Assembly: GCA_963703955.1 (NCBI GenBank)
Contig: CAVPGK010000017.1
Coordinates: forward strand, 96,001-160,000
DNA length: 64,000 nucleotides
Direction of reading: 5' to 3'
From: Nitrospirota bacterium
GTDB lineage: Bacteria > Nitrospirota > Nitrospiria > Nitrospirales > Nitrospiraceae
The position numbers and the translations under genes were made by a program. The notes below the pieces were generated by a model. The model ran no database searches, was not told the origin of the DNA, and saw nothing but the letters and a program-made list of their open reading frames with translations. Below, in pieces: positions 1 through 8,744 of the stretch. Position 1 is the stretch's first letter. Each line of letters begins with the position of its first letter.

Positions 1-220
1 GCTGCGAGTCATCCCGGACCTCTTCGGATAGCCAACCGTCCTCGGGAAAGGTTTGTATGAGAATCTCATGCAAGATTCGGTTAACCTCCAAGTCAGCCGT
101 TGTGACGGGAGACTGATCGTGCTTGATGTAAGTCTCAAATCCATCAGTGGCGAGTTGCAGGACCCGCTCGCCGGCCTGGTGGGCCGCCATGCGCAAGGTG
201 TCAATCTCACGATCCATCAT
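1..220 (-). CDS. CysQ/inositol monophosphatase family protein, N-terminal part (runs off window)
   Basis: Not in the ORF track. Manual translation MMDREIDTLRMAAHQAGERVLQLATDGFETYIKHDQSPVTTADLEVNRIL...FPEDGWLSEE has the SPVTxAD and LSEE motifs. Confidence 0.85.
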   Translation of the reverse strand, partial: MMDREIDTLRMAAHQAGERVLQLATDGFETYIKHDQSPVTTADLEVNRILHEILIQTFPEDGWLSEEVRDDSQ

Positions 221-447
221 TCTTCGTCCTCGATTTCTGGGCCGGCTCCTGCCGTGTGGGGGCCGTCTCAAAGGAGAGCGTACCAGGTCAGAGCTGAAGA
301 GAAAAGCAGGTCCAAGACGCAGGCCACGCTCAGAACGGCACACAGACAAGCAAAAACCCTATGGTCAGCTATAATCAAATCATAGCGTTGCAGTGGCGGA
401 CGGCTGGTGCGGTCGTCCCGTCCACGGATCTTTTGGCAGAAGGCCTG

Positions 448-924
448 ATGGCGCAAATCCTATCCTGTCCACAATGCGGCAAAGACGACGTGCTCCGGTC
501 GCGATGCTTTTCCTTGTTTGAGCATCTGGCCGACGTGTTTCTGGTCTCACCGTTCACCTGTCAGCAGTGCAGCCATCGGTTTATGTCCTGGCGCCTGGGG
601 CGCCAGTATCCTACGCGGCTCATCGACCGACGAAAACACCGCCGTATTCCAGTTCGTCTGGCTCTTTCCTTCTCGGGAGGTCGAGTCCGGGGAAAGGGCA
701 CCGTGCTCGACATTTCAATGGGAGGCTGTATTATCGAAAGCGAGACTCACGTGCAGGTCGATGATATCTTCTATTTGCAGATGTACCTTACGGACCACGA
801 GCCGCCGATAGAAGTTGCGGCCATGGTGCGATCGATCAGCGGGAAAGGGATCGGGTTCAAGTTCCTCCGCGCGGCTCGCGAGAACAAGCGATTATTCGAA
901 TTTCTTCATTCGCGGGGTGCGTAG
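448..924 (+). CDS. PilZ domain protein with N-terminal zinc ribbon
   Basis: CPQC...CQQC, then RRKHRR (RxxxR) and DISMGG (DxSxxG) PilZ motifs. Confidence 0.85.
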   Translation: MAQILSCPQCGKDDVLRSRCFSLFEHLADVFLVSPFTCQQCSHRFMSWRLGRQYPTRLIDRRKHRRIPVRLALSFSGGRVRGKGTVLDISMGGCIIESETHVQVDDIFYLQMYLTDHEPPIEVAAMVRSISGKGIGFKFLRAARENKRLFEFLHSRGA

Positions 925-952
925 GAGGCAGGTAGCCGGACAGCTCTGTCGA

Positions 953-1774
953 TCAGTCGTCCGCAACCGCACTTTCGCCGTAGAGCCTGGTGTCGGCCAC
1001 ATCAAAGAGCGTCGTTGAAACCTCAGCGTCGTCAGGGGCGGTCGCGATACTGTAGAGCACTCGAAGGTCGGCATTCGGCGCGAGTCGAGTGAGATCCGGT
1101 TCGAACTTTTGCACAATTCGCTTGGCGACAGTGTGGGCCCCCTGACTGTCTGATTGAGGCAGCAAGACGGCGAACTCATCCTCGGAAACTCGGCAGGCGT
1201 AATCATACCCCCGCACCGATTCGGCGCACGCGCAGGCCAAGCTCACTAGCAGAGCATCTCCGACCGTAGCGCCATGCTTGTCTTTTGCGCGCTTGAAATT
1301 TTCCAGGTTGACGAGGACCAAGGAAAGCGGATAGCCGTGCCGCAGTGCGCGACCGAGTTCCTTGCCTAGGAAGATGTCAAGCAACCGACGGTTGTAGAGG
1401 CCGGTGAGCGGATCGGCGTCGGCCGAGAGGCGGCGGACCTTGAGTTCCCGATGTTTCAGCAGCACCGCATCACGCAGCAGTGAGGTTGTGACGAAGTATT
1501 CAATCGCCGCGGTTTTCAGATTTACCTCTCGCCCGAGACGTTCGCTGAGCGCCTTCTGTCGGAGCAAGATCTCATGCCAGTGGGTCAGATCTTCCGGCTC
1601 CGGCGTCTTATGAACGTTCTTCAGCAGTTTTTCCAGGAAGGCCTGCTGCATAGACTGGTCAAGCTGCTGGAGCGTGTCAATCAAGATATCGAGGAAATGG
1701 ACGCCGCCATAGCTTTCCCATTCGTCCGGGAGTCCATCGTTCTGCGAATGCATCCGGTCCATATGGGGTTCCAT
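953..1774 (-). CDS. GGDEF-domain protein with degenerate active site (SEDEF) and intact RxxD I-site
   Basis: DPLTGLYNRR, VGDALL and RGYD-YACRV-SEDEF; RBS AAGGAAGGA before ATG 1774. Confidence 0.85.
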   Translation of the reverse strand: MEPHMDRMHSQNDGLPDEWESYGGVHFLDILIDTLQQLDQSMQQAFLEKLLKNVHKTPEPEDLTHWHEILLRQKALSERLGREVNLKTAAIEYFVTTSLLRDAVLLKHRELKVRRLSADADPLTGLYNRRLLDIFLGKELGRALRHGYPLSLVLVNLENFKRAKDKHGATVGDALLVSLACACAESVRGYDYACRVSEDEFAVLLPQSDSQGAHTVAKRIVQKFEPDLTRLAPNADLRVLYSIATAPDDAEVSTTLFDVADTRLYGESAVADD

Positions 1775-1980
1775 CCGTCCTTCCTTACCGCCTTTACCTG
1801 GCATCAAGTCACACGCGGCGCTGTGTGAACGGAAAACAAATCATTTTTAATGTTGAATACTTATGAGAATTTGTCAAGGACAACTTGCTTGTGAGCCAAA
1901 CCGCCTGAGGAAGAGGGGCGCAACCCCCTCGCTCAACTGTCTCAGAACCACGTGGTCTTGCGAGGTTCAGGCGACACTCC

Positions 1981-2051
1981 AGCCCAGATTATCCATGAAC
2001 GCCTCCTGCGACTGCCGATCCTCGCGACCGTATTCATGAATAATCCGGGCT
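1981..2051. repeat. 71-bp element with 19-bp imperfect terminal inverted repeats (mini-IS scar or hairpin)
   Basis: AGCCCAGATTATCCATGAA...TTCATGAATAATCCGGGCT, 17/19 complementary. Confidence 0.7.
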
Positions 2052-3153
2052 AGAACGTCCAATTCGCTCCGAAGAATACGCCTTGCCGTCGGGTATGCTC
2101 TTCGTTGTGCACAGCAAATCCGACCGTCCCGTTGGCGAGAAACGCTTGCAGTGTCCCGCTTCCCGACTGAATATCCCAGTACGCGTAACCGACTTCGAGT
2201 GTAAGGCGCCGCCAGACTCGCACGAGAACCGAGCCTTCCAGTTGCACGCCATTACCCCCGGTCGCCTCCGTCAAGAAACTGGGGTCTTGGCGTAAATCGG
2301 TACGCAAGTGGTGGATGTCTTCATTCTGATAGCTAGAATAGGGAATGTAAAAGACGCTGCCCTTGAACGCCAAGCGTGAGAGGACCGGCACGGTGGCGCG
2401 TGTCCCGATCCGGATGCTGTTCCAGGTATTGGTCTGGGTGATCGCGGTGACCCCATTGAACGATGAGGTACCGGTGAGCAGATTCTGAACACCGGAGGCC
2501 TCGTAGCTTTCCCGCCAGTATTGATACCCGACGAGGAGGTCGATTCCTCCCAGCACCGGATTCTCTCGGACTTCCCAGCCGAACACCCGTAACCCGGCAG
2601 CGAATGAGACCGTGAGTACGCTGTCCCCGGTGACTTCGGAGAGGGTTTCAGAGAATTTGTTTGTTCGGTTATTCCCGAGCCAGTCTTGATCCAGCAGAGT
2701 GCCGTGGGCGTGTGAGCCATAGCCGATCATCAAGTCGGCGACGAAGCGGTTGTGGACGACCAGATCACCGGTGAATTGTGTGATGGGAACGTTCAACCCG
2801 CTCCAGGTCAATTCCGAACTGACGTTGGGGCCGCCGAAATTCCCGATGTTGTGGGCGCTGTGTCCCTGGCTGAACCATTCTCTCATACCGACCGTAAAGG
2901 AATAGGAGCGAGTTTCTTTCCTTACGGTCGCTGGATCCTCAGCGGAGACAGGTTGGTCTGGTGCGGAGACGGGTTCTTGGACGGGGACGGGTTGCTGTCG
3001 AGCGGCGACAAGCTCTTCCTGAATGGCAATCGATTCGTGTTGGACCGGGCCGAGTTGCTGACCTGAGATGGGGTCTTCTTGGGCGGAGACCGGAACGATG
3101 GGGATGACCCACAAGCTGACCGCGATCATGAGAAGGGACGACAAGCGGATCAT
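2050..3153 (-). CDS. Omptin-like outer-membrane beta-barrel protein (putative protease)
   Basis: Signal peptide; SELTW, GTLLDQDW and NEDIHHLR resemble OmpT SQLDW, DQDW and D-x-H motifs; C-terminal WTF. Confidence 0.7.
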   Translation of the reverse strand: MIRLSSLLMIAVSLWVIPIVPVSAQEDPISGQQLGPVQHESIAIQEELVAARQQPVPVQEPVSAPDQPVSAEDPATVRKETRSYSFTVGMREWFSQGHSAHNIGNFGGPNVSSELTWSGLNVPITQFTGDLVVHNRFVADLMIGYGSHAHGTLLDQDWLGNNRTNKFSETLSEVTGDSVLTVSFAAGLRVFGWEVRENPVLGGIDLLVGYQYWRESYEASGVQNLLTGTSSFNGVTAITQTNTWNSIRIGTRATVPVLSRLAFKGSVFYIPYSSYQNEDIHHLRTDLRQDPSFLTEATGGNGVQLEGSVLVRVWRRLTLEVGYAYWDIQSGSGTLQAFLANGTVGFAVHNEEHTRRQGVFFGANWTF

Positions 3154-3265
3154 GAAATCAAAGGTAGCAGAAGAGTTCGTCTTTGGTGGAAAGTCTCTCA
3201 CGCAGCGGTCGACAAGATCTGAGGCAAATGATCATCGGCCCGATGAGCCGTGGCGTTTGGCCGAT

Positions 3266-3838
3266 CTACCGGAGTCGTGGAGTAACGATGCCGACGTGAA
3301 CGTCAAATTGTCCCCGGCCTCGATCGGAGACGTATCGAATCAACGTTTCGTGAATCACGGGAAAGGCCAAAGCCTCCCACGGAATTTTGTCCGGGTGAAA
3401 GAGTTGGACCTCGAGGCTCTCGTTGCCGGCTCCAAAGACAGGTCGCCGCAGCGTTCCGCGGAACACCACGTAAACCTGACTGATATGCGGAAGGCTGAAC
3501 ACAGCGTAGAGTGACGTAATATCCACATCGGCTTGCGCCTCTTCGAGCGTCTCACGGGCTGCAGCCTGCTCGACGCTTTCGCCCTTTTCCATGAAACCGG
3601 CGGGAAACGTCCAGAAGCCGGTCCGGGGATCAATGGCTCGACGACACAAGAGAATCTGGTCCTGCCACTCGGGCAGGCAGCCTGCCACCATCTTCGGGTT
3701 CTCGTAATGAATGGTCTGGCACGCATCACACACATACCGGAGCAAGACCTCCCCCGCGGGGATTTTCAACGAGACCGGCGCTCCGCACTGACAGCAATAG
3801 TTCATATTCAAACCAGCGTCGGCTCCGCGTTCACTCAT
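3266..3838 (-). CDS. NUDIX hydrolase with N-terminal zinc ribbon
   Basis: CCQCG...CDAC; Nudix box GFMEKGESVEQAAARETLEEA. Confidence 0.92.
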   Translation of the reverse strand: MSERGADAGLNMNYCCQCGAPVSLKIPAGEVLLRYVCDACQTIHYENPKMVAGCLPEWQDQILLCRRAIDPRTGFWTFPAGFMEKGESVEQAAARETLEEAQADVDITSLYAVFSLPHISQVYVVFRGTLRRPVFGAGNESLEVQLFHPDKIPWEALAFPVIHETLIRYVSDRGRGQFDVHVGIVTPRLR

Positions 3839-4049
3839 GCGGCGAGCCCTTGTGGCTTCTGGCTCGCCTGATCGAACAATACAAGGCGTATCCCTGGGCG
3901 ATCATACCGGTCGCCGTCAACCCCAACGCCGTTCTCAACCAAATGGAGTCCGGGTGGTCCAATCCGTACATGCCGGCCACGAATCCAAGCGCAATCGAAA
4001 TAATGCCGATGGCTCTGGCAATCAGGGCGCTTTGCTGAAGATTGACCAC
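3831..4049 (-). CDS. Small two-TM membrane protein
   Basis: Two hydrophobic segments; overlaps the NUDIX start. Confidence 0.65.
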   Translation of the reverse strand: MVNLQQSALIARAIGIISIALGFVAGMYGLDHPDSIWLRTALGLTATGMIAQGYALYCSIRRARSHKGSPHE

Positions 4050-4258
4050 TGCAGGCTCACGGTTGAAGACAGATCAGTAGCAGGTTTGAATAAGATCATC
4101 AAGCGGCCGCGAACTCCATTGACCCCGACTTGACTCGACTTGGGTTTGAGAGTTCCTTATTCCAGGTGGGAATAGAAGATGGGAGCAGCCACTGATCAGC
4201 GCTGCGGACGCAGCCCCACGGGTGAAAGCCACTCTGGCCCGACGAAGAACAAGGCAGG

Positions 4259-4564
4259 TCAAGGAGGGAGTTCCCATGCCGTCGGGGTCTGATGATCGCT
4301 GACTAAGCGATCGTGTTTCGCTCGATCGAAGGCTTCAATCGACAGATCGTTCGAATCGAGGGGTTCTTCGCAAGCCGGAGAACAGAGAAAGTCGACATAC
4401 GCTTGGGCCTTCGCCTGTGTCGCAAAGCGGCAGAGACCGTATTCCGGCATGCCGGAAGAGGGGTGCCAACAAGCCAGTCCGGCTGCGGTTCCTTGAAAAA
4501 TACCCAATCGGCGATGGGTGATCTGATACCCGCCGGGTAACTGGGACGAGCGTTCTAATGACAT
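4259..4564 (-). CDS. Hypothetical protein
   Basis: 101-aa ORF with RBS GAAGG, co-oriented with neighbours. Confidence 0.6.
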   Translation of the reverse strand: MSLERSSQLPGGYQITHRRLGIFQGTAAGLACWHPSSGMPEYGLCRFATQAKAQAYVDFLCSPACEEPLDSNDLSIEAFDRAKHDRLVSDHQTPTAWELPP

Positions 4565-4574
4565 GCGGCCTTCG

Positions 4575-4952
4575 CTACTCGCTCGCTTCTACACGATCCA
4601 CAAAGTAATCGGTCGTACCGAAGCAATCGGTCGGCAACCCTCGGTACTCGCGGTAATGGAGGACGACTCTTTTCCCGATCATGGTGTTGACCTGGGCGGC
4701 GACTTTTTCGTCCCACACGCTGAAGATCCAGATCACCGGGGCCAGGCCGGGAACCGTCGTCATCGCCAGCTCACCTTCGTAGGTCTTGCAAATCCAGCCC
4801 CGGTGAGAGAACTTCTGTAGATAGCCGACTCGGTCTCCGTCGGAGAAGCTCCAGTTCAACACCACGACCAGATAGATGGCACCCATTACAATGGGGCTCA
4901 GGATCAAGGCCACTAGGAACCGTTTGATCCCACGACGTACGTCGAGACTCAT
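4575..4952 (-). CDS. Conserved membrane-anchored hypothetical protein
   Basis: N-terminal TM, then FSDGDRVGYLQKFSHRGWICKTYEGEL; ATGA overlap with the upstream gene. Confidence 0.8.
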   Translation of the reverse strand: MSLDVRRGIKRFLVALILSPIVMGAIYLVVVLNWSFSDGDRVGYLQKFSHRGWICKTYEGELAMTTVPGLAPVIWIFSVWDEKVAAQVNTMIGKRVVLHYREYRGLPTDCFGTTDYFVDRVEASE

Positions 4953-5170
4953 AGGTCATCACCCTCCTGCAGCAGAGAGAAGCGCGGCACCGACTTTTTA
5001 TCGACCATGACGGATTCCAAGAACATCCCGATCGGCCGCACCCACAACCCGCCTTCGCCATACAGCGCCTTATAGACCACGAACTCTTCCTCCGTCTCCG
5101 AATGCTTTGCGCAACCAATCACCTCATACTCCTTCCCCTTATAATGCCGATACCGCCCGGGCTTCACCAT
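4949..5170 (-). CDS. DUF1653 domain protein
   Basis: GRYRHYKG...HSETEE..VVYKALYG...LWVRP..MF signature. Confidence 0.92.
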   Translation of the reverse strand: MVKPGRYRHYKGKEYEVIGCAKHSETEEEFVVYKALYGEGGLWVRPIGMFLESVMVDKKSVPRFSLLQEGDDL

Positions 5171-5332
5171 CTTCTTCTCCTCCGTTCCCCCACACCAGTG
5201 CGACCGTCCCGATTAATGACGGAGTGGTGGGCGCCGGAGCGGACCTCACAGAAGCGGCGGGTTCCCCGCCTGGCGCTCGAAGAAGGAAAGGTGGTACTGA
5301 CCAAAGCACCACGATCACACGCGACGCCACGA

Positions 5333-6094
5333 TTACCAATCTGCCATCAGACGATCGATAATCACTTGCTGAACGATCGTGTTCGGACCCAATGTGCACA
5401 GATAGACCGCCGTTTCCGCAACATCAAACGGGCTGATGGCACCGCTTCGCTCGATCTCCTCCGGCGGCGCATCCACGAGCTCATCCGCCACGCCGCCGGG
5501 ACAGATCGCACACACTTTGATCTGATGCCGTCGACCTTCATCCGCCATCGCTTTGGTGAGGGCCATAATGCCGTGCTTCGAGGCGCTGTAAATCCCCGTT
5601 CCCGCCCAGGCCTGAACGCCCGCCACGCTGGACATATTAATAATGATGCCGCCCTGGGAAGGGGCGCGTTCCGACCCGCCCGGGCTGGGCGGATGAGATT
5701 GTTGCTGCATCTCCCGAAACCCGGCGCGGGCACACAAAAAGGTCCCCCGGAGATTGGTAAACATCACTTCATCGAAAGCTTTGGTCGTCGCGTCCGCGAT
5801 GCGTCCCCCGCCTCCGATGCCGGCATTATTGACCAGAATATCCAACCGTCCGAACTGCCGCACGGTTTCCGAAATCAGCCGCTCCACTTGTAATTCGTTT
5901 GTCACGTCAGTGGGGATCGACGTTGCCTCCCCGCCCCGTTGTCGAATCTGTGTGACGACCTGTTTGCACAGACTTTGCCGCCGCGCCGCCACCACGACCC
6001 GCGCACCTTCGTGAGCGAACGTCAGCGCAATCGCCTTCCCGATTCCGCTACTGCTCCCCGTGACGATTGCTGTCTTTCCTGACAAACGTTTCAT
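5333..6094 (-). CDS. SDR family oxidoreductase with an unusual ~15-aa insertion
   Basis: TGSSSGIG, NNAG, YSASK; insertion SHPPSPGGSERAPSQ before GGIIINMSS. Confidence 0.93.
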   Translation of the reverse strand: MKRLSGKTAIVTGSSSGIGKAIALTFAHEGARVVVAARRQSLCKQVVTQIRQRGGEATSIPTDVTNELQVERLISETVRQFGRLDILVNNAGIGGGGRIADATTKAFDEVMFTNLRGTFLCARAGFREMQQQSHPPSPGGSERAPSQGGIIINMSSVAGVQAWAGTGIYSASKHGIMALTKAMADEGRRHQIKVCAICPGGVADELVDAPPEEIERSGAISPFDVAETAVYLCTLGPNTIVQQVIIDRLMADW

Positions 6095-6235
6095 GGTGCA
6101 CTTTCCACGGTGTCCCCGCCGGCCGCTAGAATACAGGAATCTCTCGTCCTGGAACAGCCCTTGCTCCGACAAAGATCGCTCTGATACACTCCAACTTCCG
6201 GTGAGCCTTTCGTCAGCAGACAAGGAGGAAATGCC

Positions 6236-6670
6236 ATGGGAGAGGTTAGTCCGACACCTGAAGTTGCGACGAGGGCTATTGAAGATCTCACCAAGATGGA
6301 TGTCGATCCCGCAAAAGGAGAACGCCTGTACAAGGCGGCCCTGGTTCATTCAAATAAGGGGTCGACCTATCGCATGCTGGCCAAATCCCTGAAGGACGGG
6401 AGGCTCGATCTGGTTCATTATGGCTGCATGCTGGATGAGCAAGGGAATCCGACCACGAAATGGAGCATCCGACGCATTCTGGAGCAGAAGCCTGAGCGGT
6501 TCGACAGGGAGATCGAAACGATCAAGAAGACGATTCAGGATAGCGGCGAAGCGGTCCAGGGGGTGTGGGTGCATGATCTGACCACCATGACGGACATTGC
6601 CGCTCAAGGAACCAGTCTTGAGGCGTGGACCAAGAAGGTGGTGAGCGAACTTCGAAATCAGCCTTCCTGA
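6236..6670 (+). CDS. Hypothetical protein
   Basis: 144-aa ORF with strong RBS AAGGAGGA and natural composition. Confidence 0.8.
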   Translation: MGEVSPTPEVATRAIEDLTKMDVDPAKGERLYKAALVHSNKGSTYRMLAKSLKDGRLDLVHYGCMLDEQGNPTTKWSIRRILEQKPERFDREIETIKKTIQDSGEAVQGVWVHDLTTMTDIAAQGTSLEAWTKKVVSELRNQPS

Positions 6671-6676
6671 ACCGTC

Positions 6677-7975
6677 TCAAAACCGAATCGACTCCACACC
6701 GCTATTCACTTGACCATTAGTTCTCTCGCCCTGCCTCTTGTTCGAATCTTCGATCAAGAACTGCAGTCGCCCATGCGCGTGTCGGAGCGCCGCTTCCACG
6801 TCGGCCGGAGTCGCCGATCGGGCGATCATGAACCCCAAGTAGCGAGTGCCTTCGGGAAGCGGGATCAGCTCATCGCCCAGATCGGCCGTGATCGTCACTT
6901 CCTCGATTCCCGGAACTGACAGCGCTTCATCCCGTCCACGTACCTCGCGGAGCACGCCGGCTCGCGGAATCGGCAGCATCATGACGCCCGCCGCCCTACT
7001 TTCGCGGTCGAGTGCAGGGAGATCCATCCGAACGGCATGGCGTAGAATCAACTCTTCCAGCGACAGGTCTGCGGCGAAGTGAAGGGTTCGCGAGCAGCGC
7101 CCACCGATAGAGCGCGCCGCCACCTCAATCACCCAGACGCCCCGATCATTGATGCGAAGCTCACCATGAATGGGGCCCTCTCTGAGCCCCAGGGCGCGGG
7201 CAGCCTTTTCCGTGCAGCCGGCAAGCTTGAGTTGAACGGTCGGTGAGAGCCGTGACGGGGTCACGTAGATCGTCTCTTCAAAGTACGGGCCGTCAAGCGG
7301 ATCAGGTTTATCGAAGAGGGCAAGTACGCGAAGGGAGCCCGCGGTCAAGAGTCCCTCCAACGCCACTTCCCGCCCCGGCACAAATTCCTCGACAAGGAGT
7401 TGACGACCGGCCTCACTGGCCCTGGCCACTCCTAGGGTATGAAGGAGCGCGACCACACGTCGGAATGCGGCAACAAACTCAGTCCGATCATTCGCCCGGA
7501 TCACCCCGCAACTGGCGGAGAGCACCAAGGGCTTGACCACGCAGGGAAAGGATACCTTCTCGCACAGCGCAACGGGATCATCGAAGATGGAAAACCGGAT
7601 GAAGCGCGGCACCGGCACGCCGTGTTCATGTAAAAGCTCCCGCATCCGGTACTTGTTGCGCGCGGCGGACACCGCCTCCACGGAATTGTGCGGGAGATGC
7701 AAGGCTTCGGACAGGTGAGCCGCAAGGACAGTGGTCTCGTCATCGACACCAAGAACGGCGTGGATCGGATGCGCCTGCGCATACTCGACCACCGCGCTCA
7801 CTGAGCGCTCGGTCTCACTGAAATTCAGCGAGAGCCAATCGAACTGCGGCCGGTCGATCAGGACGGCCGTTCTCTCAAGCCCCAGTGTGAGGTCCAGGCG
7901 GAGTTTGCGGGCCGCTTCAACAAATGCCTCGGCTCGGTACGTAGAAGTGGGCAGCAGAAGCAAGAGCCGAGGCAT
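6677..7975 (-). CDS. ATP-grasp enzyme, L-amino-acid ligase type
   Basis: RNKYRMR, FPCVVKPLVLSASCGV, LLVEEFVPGREVALEG, GPIHGELR, IEVAARSIGG; C-terminal PRAGVL...RYLGF domain. Confidence 0.9.
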   Translation of the reverse strand: MPRLLLLLPTSTYRAEAFVEAARKLRLDLTLGLERTAVLIDRPQFDWLSLNFSETERSVSAVVEYAQAHPIHAVLGVDDETTVLAAHLSEALHLPHNSVEAVSAARNKYRMRELLHEHGVPVPRFIRFSIFDDPVALCEKVSFPCVVKPLVLSASCGVIRANDRTEFVAAFRRVVALLHTLGVARASEAGRQLLVEEFVPGREVALEGLLTAGSLRVLALFDKPDPLDGPYFEETIYVTPSRLSPTVQLKLAGCTEKAARALGLREGPIHGELRINDRGVWVIEVAARSIGGRCSRTLHFAADLSLEELILRHAVRMDLPALDRESRAAGVMMLPIPRAGVLREVRGRDEALSVPGIEEVTITADLGDELIPLPEGTRYLGFMIARSATPADVEAALRHAHGRLQFLIEDSNKRQGERTNGQVNSGVESIRF

Positions 7976-7979
7976 GGTT

Positions 7980-8678
7980 TTAGGAACTTGCGCGGGCGGC
8001 TCGGTCCCGGTGAAACCTGGCAAGCTTGCGGTTCGCCTCCACAATGGGCGCGAGCTTGCTCACCACCTCGCCGACCTTCGCGCCCGGGATCGCATAATAC
8101 CCTTCATCATCGGCCAGCCCGGTGTACACGCGGTTGCCGATGCAGCCGAAACTGGCAGTGGCTTGTCCGGACTGCAAGGACTCCGGGAGGATCGCACAGG
8201 TCGGGCGTCCCATGGTCGCACCGCCGCTGGCGACCCCGGCGGCTTGCGCCGCTTCGGCAACCAGCATGAGTTGCTTCGCCGTTCCCCGAACCAGAACGAT
8301 GTCCGGTTCGAACGGCGCGTCGGCCAGCGGGGCATAGAGCGCGACCCGAAACGGACTGGACCGGCGGGGGATCATCGGGATTTCTTCCATTTTGATGTAC
8401 TGCATCTGGACCATGGTCTGCACCAGGCCGTTCATCTCTTGGGCTACGCCAGGGGGAAGATTCACCCCATGCGTGTGCGCGCCGACCGGACAGGTGTAGT
8501 GATCCGGGGCCTCGGTATAGAACGCCTTTCCTTCAGCGGCCAGGCGCCAATATCCGCATCCGGCCGGGGCCGCTGACTCTATTCGTTTCAGGTCCTTCGG
8601 TGCCGAGTCGCGGAACGCGATGGCAACGGGGGCCACACGAAGATCCAGGAGCGTTTCCAATTCTGTCGTCAGGCCCAT
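7980..8678 (-). CDS. DUF169 family Cys-rich protein
   Basis: PVAIAF, GCGYW, TCPVG, YAPL...EPDIVL, PTCA, ASFGCIGNR. Confidence 0.85.
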   Translation of the reverse strand: MGLTTELETLLDLRVAPVAIAFRDSAPKDLKRIESAAPAGCGYWRLAAEGKAFYTEAPDHYTCPVGAHTHGVNLPPGVAQEMNGLVQTMVQMQYIKMEEIPMIPRRSSPFRVALYAPLADAPFEPDIVLVRGTAKQLMLVAEAAQAAGVASGGATMGRPTCAILPESLQSGQATASFGCIGNRVYTGLADDEGYYAIPGAKVGEVVSKLAPIVEANRKLARFHRDRAARASS

Positions 8679-8744
8679 CTACGTTCTCCTTTGCAAATTG
8701 CGTGAGATTCCTGAGGGCGCCACCGACGCAAGGCGCGGGCAGGA

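Noticed and set aside
1890..1935. c-di-GMP-I riboswitch near the GGDEF gene
   Set aside because: Only weak similarity, no GNRA/receptor pairing, and on the wrong strand for that gene.
4075..4130. Fluoride-riboswitch-like ATGGAGTTCGC...TGATGA on the minus strand
   Set aside because: The P1 stem and pseudoknot pairing are missing, and no fluoride-related gene follows.
4185..4235. Hammerhead-like CTGA...GAAA with a hairpin
   Set aside because: The core is CTGATCAG rather than CTGANGA, and the stems do not close.
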